A DNA stretch of 64,000 nt from Octopus sinensis. Taxonomy: Eukaryota. The first letter of the stretch is position 1; every line of letters starts with the position of its first letter. Below are positions 49,541-62,431 of the stretch, piece after piece. The stretch covers positions 76,446,001-76,510,000 of the forward strand of contig NC_042998.1 of assembly GCF_006345805.1 (NCBI RefSeq), in the 5' to 3' direction. Below the pieces are notes generated by a model. The model searched no databases, was not told the DNA's origin, and saw nothing but the letters and a program-made list of their open reading frames with translations. The translations under genes were made by a program, and so were the position numbers.

Positions 49541-50744
49541 TGTCCGTTAAGGACTTTAATTGCATAGGGTAGAAACGGACGTGCGGTGACCACATCTGCT
49601 CTCCATCCAGGTAAAACGTACATATATACATACATAACATGGCTCTGAAATAACGATGACATACGATTGGCAGGTGACGGTAAGTTCTCCGGTTGTGTTA
49701 AATTTGTTTTTCTTTCTCTTATTAATGTCACTGCTCAATGTTATGGCCCGGTTTGTTTTGTTTATTCATCTAGGTTAGCGCAGGTTTTAAAAACTTTTTA
49801 AAATTAATTTTTGAATGTTTTTCTTTTGTAGGGAGTGAATTATATGTTAGGAAATATTATACTAGAGTGGTGCTAGTTTTGTAAATTGCTATTGTTTATC
49901 AGGATAGTAATGACACGATATGACTCTTTCTTTCTGTGTGTGTGTGTGTTTGAGCATGTGTGTGTATGTGTGTGTGTGTGCATTGAATTATGCTGAAAAA
50001 GGACTGCTCTCTATATGTTATTTATTAAAACTGCTATTTTAGGTGAGTTCTCACCCCTCTCTCTCTCTCTGCTTGTCTGTGTGTGTATACATACATACAC
50101 AGGCATACACACACACACATACATATATACATATATATATATACGTATACATACACACATATGCACGTATAAATACACTCACACACATACACACATGTAG
50201 CAATTATAGAAATAATACTTAACAATAATGTTAGCCATTATTTTCTTCCATGAGTTAGCTATCCATACATAAACCAGGCACACTGATGGAAACCGGGTAT
50301 GATTTGTCTTCATCAGGCATCCAATTACTGCAGTTCGCCTTCACTATGCCCTTACCAACATCTCATAGTTTCAAAATACCCGTAATTCAACTAGGAATTA
50401 TCGCTATGTCTGTGTTTAGTGATTTGATGTTATCAAGCACAATCTTCACAAAATGCGATCTAAACTGAATCCAGGTGAACCGAATCTTTCCTTTCTTAAT
50501 CTATCAATTTGTAAATCCCTAACTTTCATTTATTTCATCTTCATCTCTAACCTAATACCTATCGGAGTTGTACATCTAAGCCCATAATACTGGGGTAAAT
50601 TTTGTTTCGCTACTGTAACGGTTAAATGCAGAACAATCCTTCGACTAGTAAAAATTGAACTGCTATCTGTGAAATATTAGAGTGGAATTTTATCGGATAT
50701 ACATTGAAAATTCCAGATTTATGGCACTCCACATATAATATATA

Positions 50745-50797
<53 letters not shown>

Positions 50798-51349
50798 TAT
50801 ATATACATATGTCAGAATTGTACATTAGAGCGCATAATAACCGGGGAAAAATTTGTTTTACCGTTACGTTTAAACACAAGACAATTCCAGATTTTTAGCC
50901 TCTAACACGATCAAAGGGTACAATTTTACACGTGATTGATTTAACTAGTTCATAGACTTAGACATTTGTACTCTCTATCGAATTGTAAGAGGTTTACTAC
51001 TATTTACATCATATACAAATTAGGACTCAACTGAACGTTATTTTTGCTAAATTGGTCAGACTAATGTTAGCATTATACTGTATTATACTGTATACGCCGA
51101 ATATAGCCAAAAACTGGTCGACTGTATGTGAGGATTCTTTTTTTCAGATAAAAGTCAAGCACAGGTCGATCCCAATTTTTTCTGCCAGCGGAGAAATAAA
51201 ACTTCAGGTGTAGTTATATTGAATGTATGTATGTGTGAATGTATGTATGTATGCGTGTACAGGGGCGATAATACATACAGATACACGTATATATGGATGT
51301 GCATGTGTACGAGTTGTATATGTAGATATTGATATGCATAACCAAAGAT

Positions 51350-51386
<37 letters not shown>

Positions 51387-52109
51387 TAATATATATATAT
51401 ATATACATGTCTAATATATACATATGTATACATCTTCACATATATATTTTCTTCTACTACTAAGCACTGACCTGTCCAACCACCTAATCTATATTCCTAA
51501 ATTCTTCATTCCATACTACTACCCTTCTCTCTGCCCCATCACTTAATCTCTATCACTACATAACTGACACTCCTTTACCTTTTACATTATAATACCTCTC
51601 TTTCTCTATCACAACCCCATTCCTTCTATCTTTTTACACTCTAATACCTTTCTCTCTCTCTATCACCCTCATCTCCCCATTCCTACTTTCAAATAATCTT
51701 GACTGACCACTAACTGGTACACTTTCCTTTATTATGTCTCTCCTTGTTTTTCTTTTCTTTTTCATTTGTTTTCTTTATTCCTCTTTTCCAGGTTTTTTCT
51801 TTCCTTTATTCCTCTCTTCCTGTTTTCGATTTGACCTTACAAATACATTCCCCACTTTTAAGTCACTTTAAATAAAACCCTTGATTCAATAGCACTGTGT
51901 ACAAGCTCTATACTTGGAATGACCATTTTTAAATACTATTGGATTTTACTCACAAGGTATTGGAATCTGATATGTATACCATTCTGCCTAAATAATGGAT
52001 CTACAAATGCAATATCCCTGAATATCTCACATCTATTTTCATTCCTCCACTTCACTCTCTATTTCGTATCTTATCTAAATTAACTATTGCTTAACCATCT
52101 TCCCACACC

Positions 52110-52158
52110 GCCTCCGATGAAGGGATATAATAAATATCCTGGAAACAGCTGTAATACC
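52110..52158 (+). ncRNA. Hammerhead variant (CCGAUGA core) in a TA-flanked, pLTR-like repeat (~51450-52225)
   Basis: CCGATGA a gggatat[aataa]atatcct g GAAAC AGCT GTA; stem I poor. Confidence 0.6.
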
Positions 52159-52540
52159 TTCTATTTATAAATGTTCTAAAATATTCACAGCCTTGGTTTT
52201 TTTATCTCATTCTGTGAAAAATTTATATATATATATATATATTATATATATATATATAATATATATATATATATGTATATAATATATATATATATATATG
52301 CATATATATATATGTATATAGTATATATATGTATATAATATGTATATATATATATGTATATAATATATATATATATATATGTAGGAAAAAATTCAATATG
52401 AGCTATATGTAGACATGCACAAATTCTGTAAGTTTAAAACCTTTCATCGGATCTCCATGAATCGAACTTTCTTCAATGCAGTTAATCTTACAACTTCTTT
52501 TGTATCTACCCCTTTTGATGTTTGGGAATTCTCTGATGTT

Positions 52541-52629
52541 TTTTCGGCTGACGAGTACGAGCCATCTGTATTCACTGCATTTTTTGTAGCTTATTAAAGA
52601 TGTCCTCGTACGAAACGATCGTACCGAGA
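52541..52629 (+). ncRNA. Canonical type I hammerhead with extended stem II; predicted cleavage after GUA at 52623
   Basis: Stem I tttcgg/ccgaga, core CTGACGA, stem II gtacgag/ctcgtac extended by catct/agatg, GAAAC-GATC-GTA. Confidence 0.85.
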
Positions 52630-53047
52630 TTTTAATCCATTCTTGTTGCTTTTTTCCTATTTGTAATCACCCCACTTGTCGTATGGTTAACACCATATAG
52701 ATTTCCGGTGCATCCTAGTTAAGGACCATATTCATGTGAATTCTTTAGAATTCACTTGAATCTCAATTACTTAACCGAATATATATATATGTAATAAATA
52801 TATATATATAATATATGTATATAACATATATATATATATATGTATATATAAAATATATATATATATACAACATATAATGTATGTATATGATGAATGTATA
52901 TATATATATATGCATGTATGTATGAGTATATATATATATATTATATATATATATAAACATAATAAATAACAATAGGGTAATAAAATTATTATTACCAGTG
53001 GTCTAGCACAAAAACGAATTAGTCATTAGACTATATATTATTCACAT

Positions 53048-53242
53048 AGAAATACAATAAGAGGCTTCCAAATAGGAAAGCCTTGTGCTAGAAAGAGCAG
53101 TAGAAAACTCAAACCACCAAATAAGGATAAATTCTCGAAAGGAATGAAAATTAAAAACGTTACCATCTCAATTGGTTTGAGTTTTCTACTGCTCTTTCTA
53201 GCACAAAAACGTTCCTATTTGGAAGCCTCTTATTGTATTTCT
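53048..53242. repeat. ~70-bp inverted repeat with 56-nt spacer
   Basis: 53048-53116 is the reverse complement of 53173-53242 with few differences. Confidence 0.9.
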
Positions 53243-53249
53243 CTTATCT

Positions 53250-53287
<38 letters not shown>

Positions 53288-53298
53288 TATATATATAT

Positions 53299-53344
<46 letters not shown>

Positions 53345-53809
53345 ATTTATATATATATATTTATATATATATATATATATATATATAATTATATATATAT
53401 ATATTATATATATATATATATAACCTATGGTAACCTAGTGTAACCTATGGTAGATTGGCTTAATTTAATTTAATTAAGCTAATTAATCATTAATGACACA
53501 GAAACGTTGCAAACGTCTAAAGATGAATTAGGGTAAATGTTTTTAAATTTTCACCTAATTTCTGAATTACAATACTTGGCGGTGTTGTGAGTTATGGCTG
53601 CTCTTTCTGGTGGACGAGTGACCTGTTGGGGTCACTCCTAAATCGTTATATTATATATTTAGTCGATGACTATTTTCTCTTTTTCACCAGGCCGCTGGGC
53701 GATAATTTCTATTGAAATTTTTTTGCTACCCTAAATTGACAATATATATATATATATTATATATATATATTATATATATAATATATTAATATATATTATA
53801 TAATATATA

Positions 53810-55072
53810 CAGGGTGGGGAAGCAAAATTTACAATGAACATTAAGTTGTTTTCTCTCAACAGACACTAAGTCAATTGTTTTAAAACCTAGCATATATTGA
53901 TGTCATAATCATACCTAACACTATTATCCTTACCTTTTCAGAAACTTTTGCCCATATGAGTAATCAGGAAAGCAAACGTCAAAGAGTGTGTGATTTGCTG
54001 AATGCACTCGTCACACCAAGAATAATTGGAGTGTCCATAAAGACTGTTTATAATGTAAAGGATAGAATGACTATGAGCAAAACTAATACGAGTAAGTCTG
54101 GAAGTGGAGGAATCAACAAAAAAACGTACCAAAGCTTTTATTGAAGCTCTCAAATCCCAAATCCTAAATCCATGCGAAAAATAGCAACTGAACTTGAGGT
54201 AGACGACAAGACCATTAGAAATGCAGTAAAATATGATTTGAGGTTAAAATCTTACGTAAGAACACCAAAACACTTGTTGACAACAGCTATGAAGGAAAAG
54301 AGATTGGAAAGATGCAAGAAAATTATTACATGTTTCAAGAAAAAGTCCTCCATTGTAACGATCTTTTCAGATGAAAAGATCTTCACTGTCGATGCTGTTC
54401 TGAACCGCAGAAATGAAAGATTTATCGCAAAATCGACAGCTGAATTTAAGGGGACATTCAAAACAAAACATCCTGCTCAAGTTATGGCTTTTGGTGCTGT
54501 GGCTTCCGACGGAAAGAAAATGCCTATAAAATTCTACAAAGCTGATGAAAAGATCAATGTTAATACTTACTACAAGACTCTGAGATACCAGGTATTGCCA
54601 TGGCGAAAAGCAAACTACCCAGATGGTAATTATGTATGGACACAGGATTGTGCTCCAGCCCACACAGCTAAAAAAGTACAAGATTTCTGCAAATCCAACT
54701 TTAGCAATTTTTTTGAATCATGTTTATGACTGCCTTCTAGCCCAGATCTAAACCCTCTGGATTATGCTATTTGGGGCGTTTTAGAACATGCTGCCAATAG
54801 AACATCACACAGCATTGTCTACTTTCTTAAACATACTATTAAAGAAGAATGGGAGACGTTGTCTCCCGAATATTTGAGGAACATTTGTGCAAGTTTCAGG
54901 AAGCGTGTGAAGGCAGTTATTGAGAAAGAAGGAGGACACATAGAATAAAAACATTTTCTATTATGTAAATTTTCTTGTGGCAAATATATTCTCATGACTT
55001 TCAATAAAGTAATTGATCATACACTGTCTTTCAATCCTTACCATAAAAATATTGTACATATACCCAACCTAT
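53810..55072 (+). mobile_element. Tc1/mariner DD37D (maT) transposon, degenerate
   Basis: Left TIR (ta)cagggtggggaagcaaaatttacaat; transposase 53956-54948 with FSDEKIF, QDCAPAH and SPDLNPLDY; 37 residues counted between the second and third Asp; one stop and one frameshift. Confidence 0.88.
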
Positions 55073-55088
55073 ATATATATATATATAG

Positions 55089-55143
<55 letters not shown>

Positions 55144-55252
55144 TGTATATAAATACATATAGATGAAATTTACAAAAAAAAAAGAAAAGTCGAAGACAGG
55201 TGTATGAGCAACAAGCAGGTGTATTAGTTTGACGCTCGGGAAAGTGAGAAAG

Positions 55253-55290
55253 TCTTTTACGTTTCGAGCCTACGCTCTTCAACAGAAAGA
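55253..55290 (-). ncRNA. Minimal type I hammerhead (CUGUUGA core variant)
   Basis: tcttt CTGTTGA a gagc[gtag]gctc GAAAC GTA aaaga; all stems pair. Confidence 0.75.
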
Positions 55291-55479
55291 AATATGAGGA
55301 AATAAACAGAGAGGGAATAAAATAACTTGTGGATTTAGCAAAGTCATTTAATTGCCGTTAAATATGACTGAGGGTGTTAGAACAAATACAATGTTAGAAA
55401 TAAGAGTTAAAGCGCACTGATGCTGCACTCAACGCACATAATTATATACATACATACTGTGCCGACCCCAGTGAAGAGG

Positions 55480-56575
55480 CTCCAGTGTGAAAGCCACAAC
55501 CTTCGACGGTATAGGGATATCACGACTGCCACTTTCGGTCGTTTATGGTATACTTCATTTTCAGCGCCCTGTATTCTTGTTCGCTTTGAGGCTCCCCTTT
55601 CTCTTTTCGGTCTAACACAAAGATTGCCTTCGAGGTCATGTCTAACCCTGCCTGGATTCTTCTTTTCCACCATGAATCTTTTCTTCTGTCACTCCCATTA
55701 TGTTTCTTTTTCTTGACATCAACACCCACGTTTTCTGGTACAACAAAACTTGCTGCCTTGATCAAATTATTTGTTTGTGATGTTGTTTGTTCTGATGCAT
55801 TCCAGAATTTCATTGACATTTTTCGTTTCTTGGTTTAATTTCCATCAATCATCCTTTTTAAGTTTGCAAATAATGTCACTATCGTTCTTCTGTAGTCTTG
55901 CCTTTATTCTGTCGTAGATTGCTGTTTGTTCATCTGTCATGTTGCCATTAGTTTTATTGTCTTCTTTTAGATCATCTATATGTCTCTCATCAAGAAAACT
56001 ACCACTGCTCCTTTCCTGTGCTATGAGATTACTCTTATTATTAAAAACTGTATTTTCATTGTTATCTCTGCTGCTATTATTCATGACCCGTCTTTTGTTA
56101 GCTTCGAGCTCTACTTTGTGAACCAACATTTTTTTCTTATTACTCTAGCTTAATCACATAGTCACTGTTCCGTGAGTTGAAACAATCACTTTTCTCTCCA
56201 ATGATCATACATACGTTGTCGGTAACCCCTAATTTAAGCACCATTTTCATCTACCGGGTTGCTCAGGTCGTAGCACTCTATGACAACAGCTTTAATTTCC
56301 TTGCTTCATCTATGTCGCGTGTGGTGGTATCTTTCTGGATATCGACAGGCTGGAGCCGGACAAGATTCTATGAGCCTACCGGGTGTAACACTGTCACCAT
56401 TATTGGTTTCAGTTTCATTACCACCGTTATTCCCAATATTTTGTTTTTTCATTGTCACTCATATGAGGTAGCGATTATCAGGTTGCGCAATTACCAATGA
56501 TCTTAATTTGTGACACCATCACTAGATGTATCATTAAAATCAGCCCATGAGTAGGCTCCACCCGTTTCCGCTCAT
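55480..56575 (-). mobile_element. 5' portion of an R4/Dong-like LINE
   Basis: Starts after (AAT)n; ORF remnants KKMLVHKVELE and SWWKRRIQ resemble the Dong N-terminal WKRR region. Confidence 0.5.
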
Positions 56576-57859
56576 TATTATTATTATTAACATCACTGAT
56601 ATCACTGATATCATTGTTTTTATGTGTAGTAGCAGCAGTGGTTGTACCAACAGCAACAGTAACAGGGGTGGGGATAATGGTAAGGGTGGTAGTTGGGCCT
56701 CAGATTCCTGTGCTATCATAAAAGTAGTAGTTGTAGTATTATTGTAGTATTAGTAGTATTTAGAATTAGCGGCTGCAGCATATTATTATTATTTTATCAT
56801 TATTACCATCACTACCACTACCATTGTTAGAGGAAATTGTTGGGTAGCAGTTTGGTGAATAGATCATTTTCTTCACGTCTATAAATAGATTCAGCAAATG
56901 GTGGGGAGTTCAGCTATAGAGATAAAAGAATCTTCGCACCTTCTGGGTCAGCAGAGATCTTAATTCAATTGTGTTGTTGCAATAAAAGGTATGTTTACGT
57001 ATTTGGGTAATATATGAAAGTTTTAAAGTTTTCTTGAGATGTTCGTTTGTCTGTCAAGTTGGAGAATACAGTAGTACTTTTGCAATGAAAAGGATGTTTA
57101 CATTTTCGAATACTTACGGAGAGTCAAAATTAAAGAAGACAAGTTGTAGATAGTAAGGTTTTAAGATTTACTAAATATGGTCTTTTGTATGACCCCAAAA
57201 AGAGAAATGGTAGTGTTCTTAGAATAAAAAGGAGGATGATATTTACTTTTTGGAATACTCATGGAGATAGGGAAGGATAAATATTCACACTGTAGTTGTA
57301 GATATTAAAGGTTTTTTTTAAAAGCTGATCGTTTGTGCATTCCAAAGCTGTAGGTAAGTAAGTTTCCTAACTTATTTTATTTTGAAGGAGATTTAAAATA
57401 TTCACAGGAAATTGTAGATATTCCAGTCTTTGGGAATAGTAGGATTTTTGAATTTCTGAATTTCTTTTTCTTTTGGAACTTTTCTTTTCTTTTTAAAAGT
57501 TTTACTGTTGTTTACAGTTTTTGTAGTTGTGCAGTATGTATATATTGGAAGGTGCTTACTTCCTTTTTATCGTGCATTTAATTGTGTTGTTACAATAAAA
57601 GGCATGTTTACATATTCTGTTAGTCAGGCAAGAAGGGAAGACAAAATGTTCACACAAAATTGGAGATATTAAAGTTTCTAAATTTTTTTAGGTGTTCGTT
57701 TGTATGTCCGTTCAGAGAAAACTGTGGTGTTTTTTTTACAATAAAAAGGATGTTTACATTTTCGAATATTCAGGGAAAAAGGAACGGAGAAAAAAAGGAA
57801 GGTAAACTTTTTTCACAGAAACTTGTAGATATGAAGTTTTAAATTTATTGGAGATGACC

Positions 57860-57897
<38 letters not shown>

Positions 57898-57917
57898 CAT
57901 TATTATTTTTATTATTA

Positions 57918-58181
57918 TTATTATTATTCAGTAGTTTTATTTTTTATAGCGTGCTTTCACTTCATTACCGAGCGCAGCTCTGTGTGCCTTGGGTATGTGC
58001 TGTGATTTGTTGTGATGCTCTGATGGTTATTGTATGGAAAGTGTTCTGCGTAGGATGTGTGCAGTGCCTAGTAGTGCATGTGTGCAGTGCCTAGTAGTGC
58101 ATGTGTGCAGTGCCTAGTAGTGCATGTGTGTAGTGCCTAGTAGTGCTTATGTGCAGTGCCTAGTAGTGCATGTGTGCAGTG

Positions 58182-58183
<2 letters not shown>
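57918..58183 (-). mobile_element. R4/Dong LINE 3' end in (AAT)n, with tandem 23-mers at the 5' junction
   Basis: ALLGTAHILRRTLSIQ*; unit atgtgtgcagtgcctagtagtgc repeated about 5.5 times at 58055-58182. Confidence 0.8.
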
Positions 58184-58218
<35 letters not shown>

Positions 58219-58676
58219 GAGTGAGGGAGCAGTACATGCCATCAGAGTGACACTGGGGTAAAATATACGAAACTCAATATACCCATCATGACTACCCGTC
58301 TGTTAAGGGTACACCAGACACATGCATCACAAACGTATGTACGCGACATGGTAATCTCATATCAAAAGAAACTGCGCATGACCTTGCAGGTGGGCGTCCA
58401 GTTAAAACTTTCTTCAGGTCGAGTAGCCCATCCTACTCAAAAGGTTCCTGAATAAGGGTTGTTTAAGGATGAAGAACGAAACACATATTTCTAGAGGTGA
58501 ATTATTCAAACCCCAAACAATCCCTTTCAACACATGGCGATGTTGCTCCCCAAATACACCTGCTCGTGATCAGAGATACGCATATCGTCAGCCACTAAGG
58601 AATATACTAGTTAAGGTCAAACAACTGACAAGCAAATCTGTGGTATTGAGCAGAATAATTGCTGTAGCCCATCTTT
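58219..58676 (-). mobile_element. R500 copy
   Basis: Colinear with 27769-28232. Confidence 0.85.
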
Positions 58677-58732
58677 GTGGGTATGTGTGAATGTCAGTTA
58701 GGCTCAGAAACTATGAAAGCCACTATATATAT

Positions 58733-58970
58733 AAGCGTGGGGTTTAGTGGTTAGGGTGTTGCACTGATGATACTAAAATTGTTGTTTCGTTTCCTAGACC
58801 GGGCGATGTGTTGTGTTCTTGAGCAAAACAGTTCATTTCACGTTGCACCAGTACACTCAGCTGGCAAAAATGAATAATCCTGCGACGTCTCGTGCAGTAG
58901 GGCGGTATATATACTCCACAGAGTCCGGGAAATTGGTGTTATGAACTTACGGCACAAGAGGGACCTTTGA
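58733..58970 (+). mobile_element. Degenerate CORE-type SINE
   Basis: Head and CORE-like domain as at 39951. Confidence 0.7.
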
Positions 58971-59300
58971 TACTATTTGACACACACACACACACACACA
59001 CACATACACACACACACATACACACACACGCACGCACACACACACACACACACGCACGCACACACCTTTCATGCTGTATTTTGTCACTTAACCCCGGTCT
59101 TCTGTTCTCTCAATCTGTATCTCTCTGCCTGTCGCGGTCTTACCCTTCCTCTGTGTTTGTGCATGTGTGTGTGTAACTGTATGTGTATGTGTGTGTATGT
59201 GTGTGTATGTGTACGTTTATGTATCTTCATATACATCCGTACATACACACATACACACACATATGTATTCATATCTATCTATCTATATGTATATGTATGC

Positions 59301-59373
<73 letters not shown>

Positions 59374-59389
59374 TTATATGTATGTATAC

Positions 59390-59782
59390 TCTTTTACTCT
59401 TTTACTTGTTTCAGTCATTCGGCTGCGGCCATGCTGAGCACCGCCTTTAGTCGAGCAAATCGACCCCAGGACTTCTTTGGAAGCCTAGCACTTATTATAT
59501 CGCTAAGTAAACACACCCCCATCGGTTGTCAAGCGATGTTGCGGGGACAAACACACACACACAAACACACCCACACACACACACAAACACACACACACAC
59601 ACTCACACACACATATATATATACAACGGGCTTCTTTCAGTTTTTCCGTCTACCAAATACACTCACAAGGCTTTGGTCGGCCCGAAGCTATAGTAGAGGC
59701 ACTTGCCCAAGGTGCCACGCAGTGGAAATGTACCCGGAACCATGTAAGCAAGCTTCTTACCACACAGCCACTCCTGCGCCTA
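59390..59782 (-). mobile_element. SINE family S2
   Basis: Reverse complement of 40580-40990. Confidence 0.85.
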
Positions 59783-60730
59783 TACACACATATAAACATA
59801 TAAACACACATATAAACCCCTACATTTGTACACACACGCACATACATATATACATTCACTCCCACGCACGTACACACACACACATTTACATATATATACA
59901 ATACACGCACACACACATAAACACGTACAATCACACACACTAATTCACATACACACCGACACATACACATACGTACACACATATAAGCACAGACACACAC
60001 ATACATACGCACACCAAAACATGCGCACACATAAGCACGCACACGCGCAAAAAGAAAATCACAACCCCACGGATACACGCATATACATCCATTTACGCTT
60101 ACACACACACACATACAAACGCAAACATACACGCACACACAACTACACGCACATACATACACACGCACACGCACACACACACAAATGAACCCACACATAC
60201 ATCCCATACGGCACACAACCATACATACACGCACACAATCATACATACGTATATATACACACACACGCACGTACAAGCACACACGCACACATACACTAAG
60301 TTAAGCACAGTTACTTACCATACACACAAAAAAACGCACACGTACACACACACATACTACAACAAAACACACATACTACAACAAAACACACACATGATAC
60401 ATATACACGCACACACACATACCTCCCTGTTTCTGACCTGCCTTTCTGACTTGCTAGGGTACCCCCACATCACTCCTTAATTCTACTACTGCCTGCTACT
60501 AGCCATTGTCCACCATACTCACACATACACACACACGCACACACTCACACACACACCCTTGTCATCTCGCACACCTTTTTTACCATTCCTTCTTTGATTC
60601 AGCTCTCTTGTTTTAAAAAACATTTTCCTCCATTTTTACCACTTCCGTCTTTTTAGTATGTGACCTCGTGAATACTACATGCAATTCTTTTCCCTCTGTC
60701 CTCCCGTCTCGGGATCTTTCTTTCTCCTAT

Positions 60731-60765
60731 GTTTCCGACGAAGAGCTCCGCTCGAAACGTCAAAC
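60731..60765 (+). ncRNA. Minimal type I hammerhead (CCGACGA core variant); predicted cleavage after GUC at 60761
   Basis: gttt CCGACGA a gagc[tcc]gctc GAAAC GTC aaac. Confidence 0.75.
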
Positions 60766-60881
60766 CCTCCTTCTTCCCTTCTTTCCTGAGCGTCCATAAT
60801 ACTTATTTGTTCCACATCCTTGCGTTGTTGTCTTTTGTTTTCTGTTTGGATTAACTTTATTATATATATATATATATATAT

Positions 60882-61134
60882 TATATAAAAGGGCTTAGTA
60901 AATAATTACTTTGCCGCATACTGAACTCATTAGAAATAGCAGCTAAAAAACTTTTTAAGGCTATTTCTAATACTTAAGAAAATCTCTCATATATAGTGTT
61001 TGCTTAATTAAGCAAACACTATATTGAGAGAGATTTTCTTTAAGTATTAGAAATAGCCTTAAAAAAGTTTTTATGCTATTTCTAATGAGTTCAGTATGCG
61101 GCAAAGTAATTTATTTTACTAAGCCTTTTATATA
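60882..61134. repeat. ~250-bp spacerless palindrome
   Basis: Centre gtgtttgcttaa|ttaagcaaacac at 61007/61008; arms differ mainly by small indels. Confidence 0.9.
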
Positions 61135-61227
61135 TGTAATAATTTGAATTCGCCTTGAATGGTCCCTTTGCATACTGAACACTTGTGAAATTAATTAATA
61201 ATTAATTAATTTTGCCCTCAATTGTAA

Positions 61228-61345
<118 letters not shown>

Positions 61346-61354
61346 ATACATACT

Positions 61355-61586
61355 ATATTTATTTCTTTATTGCCCACAAGGCGCTAAACATAGAGGGGGC
61401 AACAAGGACAGATAAAGGGATTAAGTCGATTACATCGACTCCAGTGCGTAACTGGTACTTATTTAATCGACCCCGAAGGATGAAAGGCAACGTCGACTTC
61501 AGCGGAATTTGAACTCAGAACCTAGCGGCAACGGAATTCCGCTAAGCATTTCGCCCAGCATGCTAACAATTCTGCCAGGTCGCCTT
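61355..61586 (-). mobile_element. S1 SINE
   Basis: Same family as 24918 and 27225. Confidence 0.85.
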
Positions 61587-61620
61587 ATATATATATATAT
61601 ATATATATATCTATATATTA

Positions 61621-61654
<34 letters not shown>

Positions 61655-61673
61655 TATATATATATTTATATAA

Positions 61674-61724
<51 letters not shown>

Positions 61725-61762
61725 CTACATATATATATATTATATATATATATAATATATAT

Positions 61763-61818
<56 letters not shown>

Positions 61819-61864
61819 ATATATAGATCTATATATATATATATATATATTATATATATTTATA

Positions 61865-61909
<45 letters not shown>

Positions 61910-61937
61910 TATTTATATATATATATATATATTATAT
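61587..61937. repeat. (TA)n microsatellite, one of many TA/CA/CATA tracts between 44.8 and 63.4 kb
   Basis: Direct reading. Confidence 0.95.
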
Positions 61938-62399
61938 CATTGGAATAGGCATGTATACACACCAGATGCAAACGATCCATACAATTACGTAATCGTCTAT
62001 ATATATCTAGAAAAAGAAGCGTAAAACATTTCATACTGTCATAACTGCATAATAAACATATCTATAAAATTCCCATACAGCAGCTTAGTTGTACATTTTA
62101 TATATTCAGGCGTGTACACATAGAATAAACATGCATACATAAATCGGTAGACGCAAATGATGATGAAAATGCACATCCATACATCTTGACATAAATTCAT
62201 GTCTACGCGGCGGGAAATGTCTGCGTCCAGTTACATCATACTCAATATTCTCATTTATTCTCGTTCATTCACGTTTATTCCCTCGAATATCGTTGACGCT
62301 CACTTCCATCTATCTTTCCGATCAGTATATTCTATATTTAAATCCAACCCTCTACCGATTCGCCAGTTTCCCTGTTATGCATCATAGTGGAATGTCTTT

Positions 62400-62431
<32 letters not shown>

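Noticed and set aside
58055-58182. CRISPR-like 23-nt repeats
   Set aside because: Contiguous without spacers and derived from Dong coding sequence.
58967-60308. HT/YI/CV-rich ORFs (also at 16838, 44802, 62684)
   Set aside because: Translations of (CA)n/(TA)n tracts.
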